A DNA stretch of 64,000 nucleotides from Alphaproteobacteria bacterium (GTDB taxonomy: Bacteria > Pseudomonadota > Alphaproteobacteria > GCA-2731375), in the NCBI GenBank assembly GCA_965225945.1, contig CBDDBZ010000036.1, positions 224,001 through 288,000 on the forward strand. Reading direction: 5' to 3'. Under the pieces are notes generated by a model that was not told the DNA's origin, did not search any database, and was given only the letters and a program-made list of their open reading frames with translations. Below are positions 43,786-55,897 of the stretch, piece after piece; the first letter of the stretch is position 1, and each line of letters opens with the position of its first letter. The position numbers were made by a program, and so were the translations under genes.

Positions 43786-46700
43786 CTAATCTAACTGGTC
43801 GAGTAGCGCCTTCGCATCCTTGAGGTCGGGTGTGTCGAAGCCCTCGGTAAACCAATCGTAGATCGGGGCGAGTAGATCGCGGGCCGCGGGTGACCTCCCG
43901 TCTTGGTGCCAGAGGGGCGCGAGCTCGATAGCGGCGCGCAGTTCCCAGGCCTTGCTCTCCATAGCCCTTGCCAGCTTCAGTGCAGTTTGAAAATGTTCCT
44001 CCGCCGCACTGCCGCCTGCGCCCGATCGGCGCTGACAGTCTCCTTGCGTGAGGTGCCACGCAGGTAAGTAGATGTTCTGCCCGGTGGCTTCGATGACGGC
44101 AAGCGCACGGGCAAGCGTCTCCCGGCTTGCTTCGTCCATGCTGCAAACCAGGTAGCCGACGGCGAGCAGGCTCTGCAGAAAGGGCATGTGCTGCTCGCCA
44201 CCGCCAGCCTTGAAGGCGTCTATTCTCGGCGCCAGCAGTGCGACGCCTCGTTCCGCTTCACCGAGTTGAATAAGGGCGCCGCCGCGCAGCCAGTCGCCGC
44301 AAGCCGACCAATATGCGGAGCCATGCTCTTCCGCGGCCCGCAGGAGCGCCTCCCCCTGATCGAAGGCAGCCTCCGAAGCACGGGCCAGTAGATAAACCAG
44401 CCCGACATAGACTCCATTTACGCCCTTGGTGTTGAGATTTTTGCTTTCAGAGCAGTACTGCAAACCTTCGGCGGTCAGTTCAAGAGCTTGTTGAGGATAG
44501 CCGAGCACCCACTTCACATTGGCCAGTTGCGAATGTGCCGAGTGCACTGGATCGTGCGCGAAAGCGTCAAGACTCTGCTCCTCGGCGACAAACTGTCGGG
44601 AGAACGCAACACAGCGTTCCAGATAAGGCTCCGCGGTCTTGACCTCGCCCTTCAAGTAATAGCCGCCACCCAGTATTCGACTGGAGACGAGTAGGGTGGT
44701 CTCGGGATCGTCGTCGTTCTCGAGACATTCGAGTTCTCTACCGTCGTCGATGACGCGATCCAGCCGACTGGCGATCATGTTACCGATGAAGAGACCATAA
44801 TAGGCTCGGCGCATAGCGTCGAAATCCTGGTTCTGTCCGGCCAAATCCTTGGCCCGATAAAATGCCGCCTCGGTCTCGGGCGCGGAACCGCCAATGGCAC
44901 CGAAAAGGGCTTCGCCAAGCGGCAATAGTAGAGCCAGTTCGCGGCGGTCCCGGGCGCCGCCGGCTAGCAGTTTCAGCGCAAGAGAAACCGCGTTTCGCAA
45001 TTGCTCGGCCGCTTCGGCTTGGGCGAACCTAGCCAAGTTTCGGTGCGCCGCCTGTTCCCAGTAGTCGATGGCGCGGGCCACGGCGCCTGCCTCTTCGAAG
45101 TGCCTCGCCAGGGTTTCCGGCTCCGCCGAGACGATCTCCGGAAATTCCGTCTCCAAGGTTTCGGCGATCCGACCGTGCAAGTCCTGACGCCGGCTCTTCA
45201 GCAGGCTGTCGTAGGCGGTGTCCTGGACCAGCGCATGCTTGAAGGTGTAGCTCACCTCGGGCGGCAGGCCCTTCCGGAAGACGAGCTGGGAGCGGACTAG
45301 ACGCTCGAGAGCTGCCTCGATCTCGGCCAGCGGTCGCTTCGGCGACCGCGGCGAGCAGTCGGTACGAGAACTCGCGTCCGACGACCGAGCCGAGCTGCGC
45401 AATTTCCTTGGCGTCTTCGAGGCGGTCGAGTCGCGCCAACAGCGAAGCGTGCAAACCATCGGGGATCTCCGAGGCATCGTCCGAGGCTTCCAGCACAGAC
45501 TTCGTCACTTCTTCGATGAAGAGCGGGATGCCGTCGGTCCGGGCAGCGATCCGGGTCGTGAGCCGCTCGTCGATCTCGCTACCGGCAAGGGCCCAGACCA
45601 TCTCGGCGATCTGGGCCCGCCCGAGCCGGCTGAGCGACAGCGCTGCAACATGTGGTTCGAAATTGAAGCCGACTCGCCATTCCGGCCGATGCGTAATCAA
45701 CAGCAGGATCGACGCTTCGGCGAGTCGCGACATCAAATGATCCAGGAGCTCCTGGCTCGTCGGATCGATCCAGTGCGCGTCCTCGAAGACGACGAGCAAG
45801 GGCCTATCGCCGGAGAGCCGCAGCAGTTGCTCGATCAATGCTTCGAGGATGCGGTCTTTGCGCCGCTGCGGCGGCAAATCCAATCGGCCGAAGTGCGCCT
45901 CGTAGGGGATCGATAACAGCTCGGCGAACAGGCGGATCGTGTCCGTTCCATCAGCGCCCCGATCGGCCAATAGCGCCTCTAGCTTCTCCAGCCGCGCTGC
46001 GGCGCCATCCTCGCCGGTGAAGCCGGCGGCCCGCTCCAATTGCTGGATTACCGGGTAAAATGCGGCGCTGGTATGGTAAGGCGAGCACTGATAGTGCAGA
46101 CGGCTGTGCGGTATTTCCCGGGCGTGCTCGTCCAGCGTTTCCACAATTCGGGACTTGCCGATACCCGGCTCGCCCGAGATCAGAACCACTTGTCCTTCGC
46201 CTTCGCACGCCAACTCCCAGCGTTCGTGCAGTAGGCCGAGCTCGTGGCGACGACCGACGAAACGAGTAAGTTCGACGCCATGCGCGGCCTGGAACCGGCT
46301 GACGCCGCTACGCTCGCCAATCGCACGCCAGGCAAGGACGGAATCGAAACCTTTCAGGCTTTGCCGTCCCAGTTCCTCGAGCTCGAAGGCGTCGCCGACC
46401 AGACGACGGGTCTGCTCGCCGAGCAGAACCTGCCCGGGTTCGGCAAGGCCCTGCAATCTGGCCGCAAGGTTGGGCGTCAGGCCGCTCACCGCTTCGGCAT
46501 CACGTCCACCCGCGCCGACCAGATCGCCGACTACGACTTGTCCCGTGGCAATGCCGACACGACCCTGAAGCATGCCGCCGTTGCTCTCAACACGCCCGAC
46601 GGCCTGCACGGAGTCGAGCCCGGCCCTGACCGCACGCTCCGCCTGGTCCTCGTATGCCCGCGGCCAGCCGAAGTAGGCAAGCACACCGTCGCCCAGATAC

Positions 46701-47101
46701 TTCGCGACATGTCCGCCGTAGCGCGTTACCGCACCCGCCACGGCATCCTGGTAACGCCGCATGATATCGCGCAGGTCTTCCGGATCGAGCCGCCGGGAGA
46801 GGGCGGTCGAGCCGACCAGATCGCAAAACATTACCGTCAACTGACGGCGCTCGGCCGCGTGTGTTCTCTCCTCCGGCGGGGTGGCGGCGTCGTTGTTTGT
46901 CGGGCTGGCATCATTGTCGTCGATCTGCCCAATAGCGCGCAGCAATCGTTTTCGATCCCCTACCGCCGCAATGCCGATCTCCTTGAGATCGACGTCCTCG
47001 AGATCCCTCAGAACATCGAAATCAATGGCGTTTTCGGCAAATACGTCGCCGTATTTGCCGAGTCCGATGTCTTCCAACCAGTCACGGATGTCATCAGCCA
47101 T
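43786..47101 (-). pseudogene. SAM-class III cyclase-AAA/STAND ATPase-TPR protein, frameshift near 45339
   Basis: WLEDIGLGKY (SAM), FCDLVGST, KYLGDG, PNLAARL, GEPGIGKS, FEDAHWID, FKHALVQD; one extra base joins the two ORFs. Confidence 0.85.
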
Positions 47102-47518
47102 CGATGATCGTTCCCAATTCGATAGACACTAGCAAACTCCGGTGTGCCGGGAAATGCCGACATTCGCTCGACCTCGTTTTCGATGCCGGTATCGGATCGC
47201 TCCCGACGCGACGGCGACCTCACGGCCTGGCGGCGCGGGCGGCGGTCGAAGAGGGCACGCTCGGGGAAGGCTAAGCCGTGTTCGCTCTCGCGATGGACCT
47301 CGATGCGGTGTGGCGGCCGGCGTCGTCCAGCAACCAGCGGTCTTGGGCGGCAAAGGCGCTCGATGGGCGGCGGCGAGCGAGGTCACGTACCGGCCGCTCA
47401 TGCGCCAGCCGACGCGGCCGAGTGCGTGCTTACGTTCGGCGGATGGCGATGTCGTTGCCCTGGTTTCCCTCCGAGCCGGTTGCTAGTCTCGGTCGGCAAC
47501 TCGGAAGCGGGTAGGGTG

Positions 47519-50500
47519 ATGGCTCGCGACATTTCCCAATGGCTAAACGATATCGGCCTCGGCAAGTATGCCGAGCTATTCATTCGCCATGAGATCGATG
47601 GTGATGTACTTCCACATGTCACAAGCGAAGATCTCAAGGAAATGGGGCTTCCGATCGGAGTCCGTCGCAAGGTTTTGACGGCGATCGATCTCCTCAATGC
47701 AACGAGATCCCGGACGCGTCCCTCGACGTGGAAAAAATCGAGTCCGAACGGCGGCAAGTGACGGTTTTGTTCGCGGATCTGTCTGGCTTCACGACGATGA
47801 CCAACGCCCTCGACGCGGAGGAAACGCACGCCATCCTCAATCGTTTCTTCACCGTGGCCGATGGCATCGTGGATGACTATGGCGGTCGCATCGACAAACA
47901 CATCGGAGATGCGGTCATGGCCGTGTTCGGAGCTCCGATCGCCCATGGCGACGATCCGGAACGGGCGGTGCGGGCGGCGTTGGACATGCACGAAGCCGTG
48001 GCCGCTCTGGAGCCGCCCTTGGAGATCCATGTCGGCATCGCCTCGGGCCAGGTGGTGGCCAGCCGAACCGGCAGCGAGACGCATCGGGAATATACCGTGA
48101 CCGGAGCGTCGGTGAACCTGGCGTCACGTTTGACCGACGTGGCGGCGCACGGCGAGACCCTTGTTTCCGAAACCGCCCAACGCGCCTTGTCCGGCCGTGT
48201 CGAGTGCGAAAACCTCGGCCAGAAATTAATGCTGGGCCTGCCCGAACCGGTCACCGTCTGGCGCGTGCGAAGTTTGGCCACGACGGCACGAGAGCAGACG
48301 CAAAACCTAGTGGGCCGAGAATACGAGCTTCGCCGCTTCGACGATGCCATGACCCATTGCCGCGAGAAGGGTCGGGGCGAGACCCTGGTGCTTCGTGGCG
48401 AGCCGGGAATCGGCAAGACACGCCTGCTCGCCGAATTTCGCCGCCGCGCCGAAACCGCCGGATTTGCCGCCCATGCGGGCCTGGTCCTCGACTTCGGCAC
48501 GGGCAAGGGGCAGGACGCCATTCCCGCGCTCGTGCGACAACTGATCGGCTCGACCCTCGGCTCGGACGCGCGAGCGCGGCTCGAGATCGCCGAGCGAGCG
48601 ATCGAAGATGGTCTGCTGTCCGCCGACCGGCGTGCGCATCTCTATAACCTGCTCGACCTCGAACAGCCGCCCGCGCTGCGTGGCCTCTATGACGCCATGG
48701 ACATTGAAACGCGCAACCGAGGCGAGCTCGAATGCGTGGAAGAGTTGGTGAGGAATTCCCACGCGCGGAGGCCCCTGTTGTTGATGATCGAGGATGTGCA
48801 TTGGGCTTATCCTCGCGTACTGGTGCCCGCCGCCCGATTGGCGCGCACGGTCGCGGAGACCACGGCGCTACTCGTGATGACGAGCCGGATAGAGGGCTAT
48901 CCGTTCGACGATGTCTGGCAAAGCGGCCTCATGGGTGCCCCGATCGCCATCTTGAACCTGGCGCTATTGGCACCGAGGGAAGCGTCGGACTTCGCAAGGC
49001 AATTCTCGATCGAGGATGAAGGCCTGGTCCGCGCCTGCGTCGAGAGATCCAGTGGCAATCCGTTGTTTCTCGATCAGCTTTTGCGCAACGCGGACGCTCT
49101 GGGCGACCGTGACGTACCGGGGACGGTGCAAAGCGTGGTGCAGGCGCGGCTCGATGCCCTGGCACGGGATGATCGCGGTGCCGTGCAATCGGCCTCGGTC
49201 CTGGGTCAGCGGTTTTCACTTACCGCGCTGCGCGCTGTTCTGGGGAAGACGGACTACGAGCCAGCCGATCTCATTCGCCGAACGCTAGTGCGGCCAGAGG
49301 GTGAGGACCTCCTATTCACACATGCGCTGATTCGAGACGGTATCTATGACGGCTTGGTGCGCGAACGGCGGTTGGATCTACATGGTCGGGCGGCCGCCTG
49401 GTTCGATGGGCGAGATTCAATTCTCCATGCCGAACACCTGGAACTGGCGCAAGACCCGGCGGCACCCGAGGCCTATCTCGTGGCGGCGACATCGCAAGCC
49501 GCCGAATACCGCCATGAGGTGGCCCTACGTCTGGTCGCGCGCGGTCTGGCGCTGGCCACCGAGCGCGGCGACCGATTTGCGCTGACATGTTTCCAGGGTC
49601 GGCTCCATCACGACATGGGGGTGATGGCGGACGCGAGGGACGCCTACGAGGCCGCCTTGGCGTTGGCCGATCACGCAGGGGAGCGGTGTCAAGCTTGGCT
49701 CGGGCTCGCGATGGTCAAGCGGCTCACGGACGACCGCGAGGGCGCCATGGCCGATCTCGCTCGAGCCGAGGCGGCCGGCCGAGCCTCGGGCGCGAATCTC
49801 GCGCGTATCCATTTGATGCGCGGGAATCTCTTCTTCGCCGACGGCGACACCGAGGGCTGTCTGGCAAACAATGGGACGGCACTCGAGATCGCCCGCCAGT
49901 GCGGTGCCGTGGACCTGGAGGCGGCCGCGTTGGGTGGCCTCGCGGATGCCGATTACGTCCGCGGCCGCATGATCTCCGCTCACACGCGCTTTGCCGAATG
50001 CGTGACCGTGTCTCGTGAACGCGGCTTCAGCCGCATTGAGGTCGCGAACGCTCCGATGGTCGCCATCACCCGCTTCTTTGGCCGGAACCAAGCTCGCGAA
50101 GCGCTGGCGGATGGCTTCGTGGCCGCCGAGGCGGCGCGACGCGTCGGACACAATCGTGCCGAGACGGCAGCCAGTGTAATCGTTTCCGAAATGCTTGCCA
50201 ATCTGGGCAGGTTCGCGGAAGCCAAGGTCCAAATCGCGGAGGGTCTGGCGCTCGCTCACCGACTCGGATCGAAACTATTCGAGACGCTCTACCTGAATTG
50301 CCAAGCCAAGGTCTTGCGGGAGGAAGGCCGTCCGGCCGAGGCGCTGAAGTTGCTGGAGCTGTCCCTTGCGATCAGCCGCGAGATTGGACTGGGCTTCTCC
50401 GGTGCCGTCGCCTATGGCGCCCTCGCCCTCACGACCGACGACCCGAAGGCGCGGCGAAAGGCGTTGGCCGAGGGCGAAGGGGTACTGCGAGCGGGCGCGG

Positions 50501-50790
50501 TGGCTCACAACCAGTTGCGCTTCTATCGAGACGCTATCGAGGCGACCCTGCGCGCCGAGGAATGGGACGAGGTCGAGCGCCTCGCCACGGCGTTAGAGGA
50601 CTTCACCCGCCCGGAGCCTCTACCGTGGGCAAATTTCTACATTGTGCGGGGCCGGGCGCTCGCGGCGTGGGGCCGTGGGCATAAAGACAGCGAGAGGAAA
50701 AGCGAACTCGAGCGTCTTATGGCGGAGGCTCGTCGTGCCGGCTTGCATCTCGCCCTACCGGCGTTGGAGGCGGCGCTCGCTTCGTATTGA
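47519..50790 (+). pseudogene. SAM-class III cyclase-AAA/STAND ATPase-TPR protein, frameshift near 47700 (47728-50790 open without the SAM domain)
   Basis: WLNDIGLGKY, FADLSGFT, KHIGDA, VNLASRL, GEPGIGKT, IEDVHWA, FTHALIRD. Confidence 0.85.
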
Positions 50791-50806
50791 ACGCCTCGCG
50801 CCGGGG

Positions 50807-51980
50807 TCAGAAGCTCAGCCACACCCAGTCGTTTTCGAGCCCAAACATCAGGCGTCCCGCCGACGCGTAACGTGCGTCGGATTTGGACGAGTGTCGCTGC
50901 AACACGTGGATGTCGCGAAAGTGCCGCTCGAAGGGCTGTTGCAGGCGGATCGAGGACGTGCCGACGGTATCGCTCACGAAGCGCACGGCCTCGGCGCAGG
51001 CCTCGGCGGCGAAACATACCGCCAACTGCAAGCGTATCTTCGCGTCGGACGACATTCCCTCGCCAGTTCGTAAAACCTCGTCATAGGCGATAGTGGCGGC
51101 GCGGTGCACCGTGTCGCGGGAGGCTTCCACGCGGGCACTGGCTTTCCCCATCTGGTGCTGCGCGAGGGGCTGCTCGCGAAGGGGTATCGTGTTGTAGGCG
51201 GCGGTTTTCGTCTTGCACAACTCGATCGCTTGCGCCACGGCCCTGGCCGCGATGCCGATCGAAACGGTCGTCTCGCCGAGGATGGCGGTCCATGGCCACA
51301 TGCGGGAGAGGGGGCCCTCGAAGCCGCGTGCCGGCCGGCCCAGCGGACCGACGAGCGCCGTCAAGTGGTCCGGCACGAACAAATCGCGGACGGAGATGTC
51401 CGAGGAGCCGGTGCCACGCATGCCGAGGGTATGCCATGTGTCCAGGATCTCGGCCTTCCCGCGCTCGAAAAACACGCCGAAGACAGTCGGCTCTCCGGTG
51501 GTGGGGTCGAGCTTCGGCTCGCCGCCCTCCATCTCCATCGCCGGCATCGCGAGCCATTGGGCCGAATGGCAGCCGCTGGTGAAGGGGACTTGCCCGCTGA
51601 CATGCCACCCGCCGTCCGCTCTCGTCGCCGCGCCGGGGGGAAACAACGCGCCGGCGGTCGTCGGCGGACCGTCGCGAAACATCTCCTCCGCGCCCTCGTC
51701 GGGTAGCCAAGCCGCGAAGCCGGCGATCGCTTGGTTCATCACCAAGGTTCCACGCCGCCGCCGAGTCGATGCGCGCAACAGCCTCCCAGACCCGCATCGC
51801 CTCGACGGGGTGCAGTTCGAGGCCGCCGTGTGCCTTCGGGGCCAGCATTGCGAACAGCCCGGCCTGGTACATGGCGTCGTACACGACATCGGAGAGTCGT
51901 CGGTTCACCTCCGCGCTTTCGGCATGTTCCTCGATGATCGGCCGGATTTCTTCGACGGCTTGTAGAAGAGCCTCGGTCAT
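50807..51980 (-). pseudogene. Acyl-CoA-dehydrogenase-fold flavin monooxygenase (HsaA-like), frameshift near 51746
   Basis: LFAMLAPKAHGG, FTSGC, WHTLGMRGTGS, FERHFRDIH. Confidence 0.82.
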
Positions 51981-52122
51981 CGTCACCCCCCTCGACGGTA
52001 TTGAGCCGGATTGTTCCCCGCGACGGCACGCTTCTCGGCGAAAGCATCGCATGTGGGCCTGGTCGATGTCTGCCGGGCTCCGAGCCATGGGACGGCGTGT
52101 CTATCCAGGACGAGCCCGCCGT

Positions 52123-52871
52123 TCAGCGGCGCAGGCGGCGATCGAAGAGGGCGAGCATGCGTTCCCAGTGCCGCTCCGCCGCCGGCTTGACGTAGACCGC
52201 GCGCTCGGGGAAGGCGAAGCCGTGCTCGGTCCCGGGATAGACCTCGATGCGGTGCGGGCAGCCGGAGGCCTCCAGCACTCCCGGCAGGGCGTCCACCACC
52301 TCGCGCGGCACATGGGGATCGTCGGCGGCGAAGGCGAGATAGACCTCGCCTCTAATCCGATCCATGAGGAGATGGGGCGAATCCTCGGCCTCGGTCATGA
52401 TGCCGACGCCGTAATAGGAGGCGATGGCCGCGAAGTCGTTCGGATAGGCGGCGGCGACCGAGACCACGAAGCGGCCGCTCATGCAGTAGCCGACGCAGCC
52501 GGCGGACCCTGGGCCGCCGCCTCGTGGGCGCGCACGAAACCGAGCATCGCCGTGGTATCGGCGACGACGCCGGCGTTGGTCAGCGTGTTCATCACGGCGA
52601 ACATCTTGTCGCGCTCGGCCTCGTCCTCGGGGATGCGGGCGCGCGCGAAGCCGTAATCGTCTTCCCGCCCGACACGGTAATAGAGGTTCGGCAGCATGAC
52701 GAAATAGCCGGTGGTGGCGATCCGCCGCGCCATGTCGCGCAGCTCCTCGCGAATGCCCGGCGCATCCATGTATAGGATCACCGCCGGATGGGGGCCGTCC
52801 CCCTCTGGGTGGCAGACGAAGCTGTCGAGGGTTCCGTCCGCCGTCGCCAGCTCGACCTCGAATTCCCGCAT
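52123..52871 (-). pseudogene. Dienelactone hydrolase family protein, frameshift near 52510
   Basis: YMDAPGIREEL, PNLYYR, VGYCMSG, YPGTEHGFAF. Confidence 0.85.
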
Positions 52872-52969
52872 GGCATCCTCCCTTGAGCATTCCTCGGCGC
52901 GAGAGTGCCCTGGCGCCTCCGCTCGGCGCAAGCGTGCCGGCCGTTCGCCGTCCCGTCGCGCCCGCTCTC

Positions 52970-54658
52970 TTACCGTCGCTTCGCCTCGATCCGCGCCCAG
53001 GTGTCGCGGAGACCGACCGTGCGGTTGAAGATGGGGCGCCCGGGCCTCGAATCCGGATCGAGGCGGAAGTAGCCCAGCCGCTCGAACTGCACCCGGTCCT
53101 CGGGCCCGGTCTCCCCGAGCGCCGGCTCCAGCCGACAGTCCCTCAGCACGTCCAGCGAATTCGGCGCGAAGTCGAGGGCGAGTTCGGCCTCGGCCCCCGG
53201 CGCTGGCCCAGCGAAGAGGTGATCGTAAAGCCGGACCTCGCCCGCCACGGCGTGGGCCGCCGAGACCCAATGGAGCGTCCCCTTGACCTTGCGCCCGTCG
53301 CCTGAGCCGCCGCCCCGGGTCGCCGGATCGTAGCTGCATTTCAGCGCCACGACCTCGCCTGAAGCATCCTTCACCACCTCCCGGCAGGTGACGAAATAGG
53401 CATGGCGCAGCCGCACCTCGCGGCCGGGCGAGAGGCGGAAGAATTTCCGCGGCGGGTGTTCCAGAAAATCGTCGCGCTCGACGTAGAGTTCGCGGGAGAA
53501 GGGGATCAGGCGGCTTCCGGCCGCCGGGTCGCCTGGCATGTTGGCGGCGTCGAGCAGCTCGCCCTCGCCCTCCGGATAGTTCTCGATGATCACCTTCAAG
53601 GGCCTGAGCACCGCCATCCGGCGCATCGCCGTCCGGTTGAGGCATTCGCGCACGCAGGCCTCGAACATCGCGATCTCGATCGCGCCGACGTTCTTGGTGA
53701 CGGCGAGGCGGGAGATGAAGTCGCGGATCGCCTCCGCCGGCACGCCGCGCCGGCGCAGGCCACGCAGCGTCGGTAGCCGAGGATCGTCCCAGCCGGCGAC
53801 CCGGCCGTCGCGCACCAGCTCGATCAGGCGGCGCTTGGACAGCACCGTGTGGGTCAATTCGAGGCGAGCGAACTCGTATTGCCTGGGCACGGAGGGGACC
53901 GGCAAATTCTCGATCAGCCAGTCGTAGAGCGGCCGGTGATCGGCAAATTCCAGGGTGCAGATCGAATGCGTCACGCCCTCGATCGCGTCCGACTGGCCGT
54001 GCGCGAAATCGTAGGTCGGATAGATGCACCACGCGGTGCCGGTGCGCGGGTGGGCTGTGTGCAGGATCCGATAGAGCACGGGATCGCGCAGGTTGAAGTT
54101 GCCCGACGCCATGTCGATCCGGGCGCGGAGCACCCGGGCGCCCGCCTCGAACTCGCCCGCGCGCATGCGGCGGAAGAGCTCCAGGCTCTCCTCGGGGATG
54201 CGCTCGCGGAAAGGGCTCGCCCGCCCGGGCTCCCTCGGCGTTCCGCGATAGTCGCGGATTTCGTCCGCCGAGAGATCGTCGACATAGGCCTTGGCCGTTC
54301 GGATCAGGTGCTCGGCCCAATCATAGAGCTGCTCGAAATAGTCCGAGGCATAGCGCGGCGCCCCCGGCCAGGCGAAGCCGAGCCAAGCCACGTCCTCCTG
54401 GATCGCGTCGATATAGGTCTGCTCTTCCTTGGCCGGGTTGGTGTCGTCGAAGCGGAGCTTGCAGTGGCCGCCGAATTCCTCCGCCAGGCCGAAATTGAGG
54501 CAGATCGACATCGCGTGGCCGATGTGGAGGAAGCCGTTCGGCTCCGGCGGGAAGCGGGTGACCACCTCTTTCTGGCGGCCGGTGGCGAGGTCGTCGCGCA
54601 CAATATCGCGGATGAAGTCGCTTGGGCCGACCGTTTGCTGGCTCTCCGTCTCGCTCAT
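52970..54658 (-). CDS. glnS: Glutamine--tRNA ligase
   Basis: [56 protein letters not shown]. Confidence 0.95.
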   Translation of the reverse strand: MSETESQQTVGPSDFIRDIVRDDLATGRQKEVVTRFPPEPNGFLHIGHAMSICLNFGLAEEFGGHCKLRFDDTNPAKEEQTYIDAIQEDVAWLGFAWPGAPRYASDYFEQLYDWAEHLIRTAKAYVDDLSADEIRDYRGTPREPGRASPFRERIPEESLELFRRMRAGEFEAGARVLRARIDMASGNFNLRDPVLYRILHTAHPRTGTAWCIYPTYDFAHGQSDAIEGVTHSICTLEFADHRPLYDWLIENLPVPSVPRQYEFARLELTHTVLSKRRLIELVRDGRVAGWDDPRLPTLRGLRRRGVPAEAIRDFISRLAVTKNVGAIEIAMFEACVRECLNRTAMRRMAVLRPLKVIIENYPEGEGELLDAANMPGDPAAGSRLIPFSRELYVERDDFLEHPPRKFFRLSPGREVRLRHAYFVTCREVVKDASGEVVALKCSYDPATRGGGSGDGRKVKGTLHWVSAAHAVAGEVRLYDHLFAGPAPGAEAELALDFAPNSLDVLRDCRLEPALGETGPEDRVQFERLGYFRLDPDSRPGRPIFNRTVGLRDTWARIEAKRR

Positions 54659-54697
54659 TTTTGGTCCGCTTCGCGCCTCTCGGGCCCGCCTCATGCC

Positions 54698-55639
54698 TCA
54701 GAGGTAGTGCGACTGCAATCCCTTGACGATCGACACCAGGACCGAATTGATCGGTGTCGGCACGCCGTATTCCCGGCCCATGCGCACGATCGCGCCATTG
54801 ATGTGGTCGACCTCGGTCGGGCGTCGGTGCACCAGGTCGGCGCGGAGGCTGGATTTCGCGGCCCCCGTGCCGCCCTCGCCGGTGATCTTGGCCAGCGTCT
54901 CGCGGGTCTCGTTCACATCGAGATCGAAGCCCGCCGCGCGGGCCACCGCGGCCGCCTCATCGAGCGCCCCGAAGCAGGTCTCGGCCAACTCCGGGATCGC
55001 CATGACCTGGTGGGCGTTGAGGTCGGTGGCGCCCGAGCTGCAGCTCAGCCAGACGTTGGCCAGCAGCTTCTTCCACATCTCGCGGCGGATGTCGGCGCTC
55101 GCGGTGGTCTTCAGGCCGGCGGCCGTGAAGGCCTCGGCGATTGCCACCGCGCGATTCGATTGGCCGCCGTCGAGCTCGCCGAGGTAAGTGGGCAGGTCGC
55201 CGAAGTTGCGGATCACGCCGGGCGCCTCCATCGTCGCGCCCTGGGCCGTCAGCCCGCCCAGCACGTTCTCGATGCCGATCACCTCGCCGATGATCTCCTC
55301 GTTGCCGAGACCGTTCTGGAAGCTGACGGCGAGGGTGCCGGGGCCGAAGACGCTTCGCGCGCGTTCCACCGCGGCCCGCGTCGCCGGCGCCTTGCATTGC
55401 ACCACCACGACGTCGGCCACGCCGGCCTCGCCCGGATCACTGGTCGCGTGAACCGGGATCGCGCGATCGCCGCCGACGCCGCGCAGACGAAGCCCGTCGC
55501 GAGCGATCCTGGCGACGTGGTCCTCGTCGATGTCGACAAGCGTGACGTCCAGCCCGCCCTCGGCCAGCATGGCGCCTATCAGGCCACCCATCGCGCCGGC
55601 GCCGACGACCACGATGCGGGGCTTGTCGTAGTTTGCCAT
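54698..55639 (-). CDS. panE: Ketopantoate reductase family protein
   Basis: GAGAMG, FQNGLG, WKKLLAN, SSL..D, TEVDHING. Confidence 0.8.
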   Translation of the reverse strand: MANYDKPRIVVVGAGAMGGLIGAMLAEGGLDVTLVDIDEDHVARIARDGLRLRGVGGDRAIPVHATSDPGEAGVADVVVVQCKAPATRAAVERARSVFGPGTLAVSFQNGLGNEEIIGEVIGIENVLGGLTAQGATMEAPGVIRNFGDLPTYLGELDGGQSNRAVAIAEAFTAAGLKTTASADIRREMWKKLLANVWLSCSSGATDLNAHQVMAIPELAETCFGALDEAAAVARAAGFDLDVNETRETLAKITGEGGTGAAKSSLRADLVHRRPTEVDHINGAIVRMGREYGVPTPINSVLVSIVKGLQSHYL

Positions 55640-55706
55640 TCCTGGATCCATCCTTGATTTCGCGTCTCGGTCGGATCCATCGTGACCATTCGGCGCCGCG
55701 ATGTCG

Positions 55707-55730
55707 AGGTAGACAGGTAGACAGGTAGAC
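55707..55730. repeat. AGGTAGAC x3 tandem repeat
   Basis: Three exact 8-bp units at the left edge of the AT-richer ABC island. Confidence 0.9.
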
Positions 55731-55897
55731 ATCCCCCCCGATCTCAGTCATGCTTCTGTCGCGAAATGCAATAATGTCAGTTTTTGGGGCGAAGTCGCGT
55801 GAAACGCATAAAACCGCGAGGCGGTTGGCGAATCGCGCTTTCCCCTTTTATTTTGGCGGTGTTGGTGCGTTATTAGTTACTAACGGAACCCAGGGCA

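Noticed and set aside
47699-47740. Programmed frameshift joining the SAM domain to the cyclase
   Set aside because: An A6 run exists near 47732, but there is no clear stimulatory structure and a single-base loss near 47700 explains it; not separable without reads.
55854-55870. Sigma-54 promoter before livF
   Set aside because: GG-N10-GC spacing fits but the match to TGGCACG-N4-TTGC is poor.
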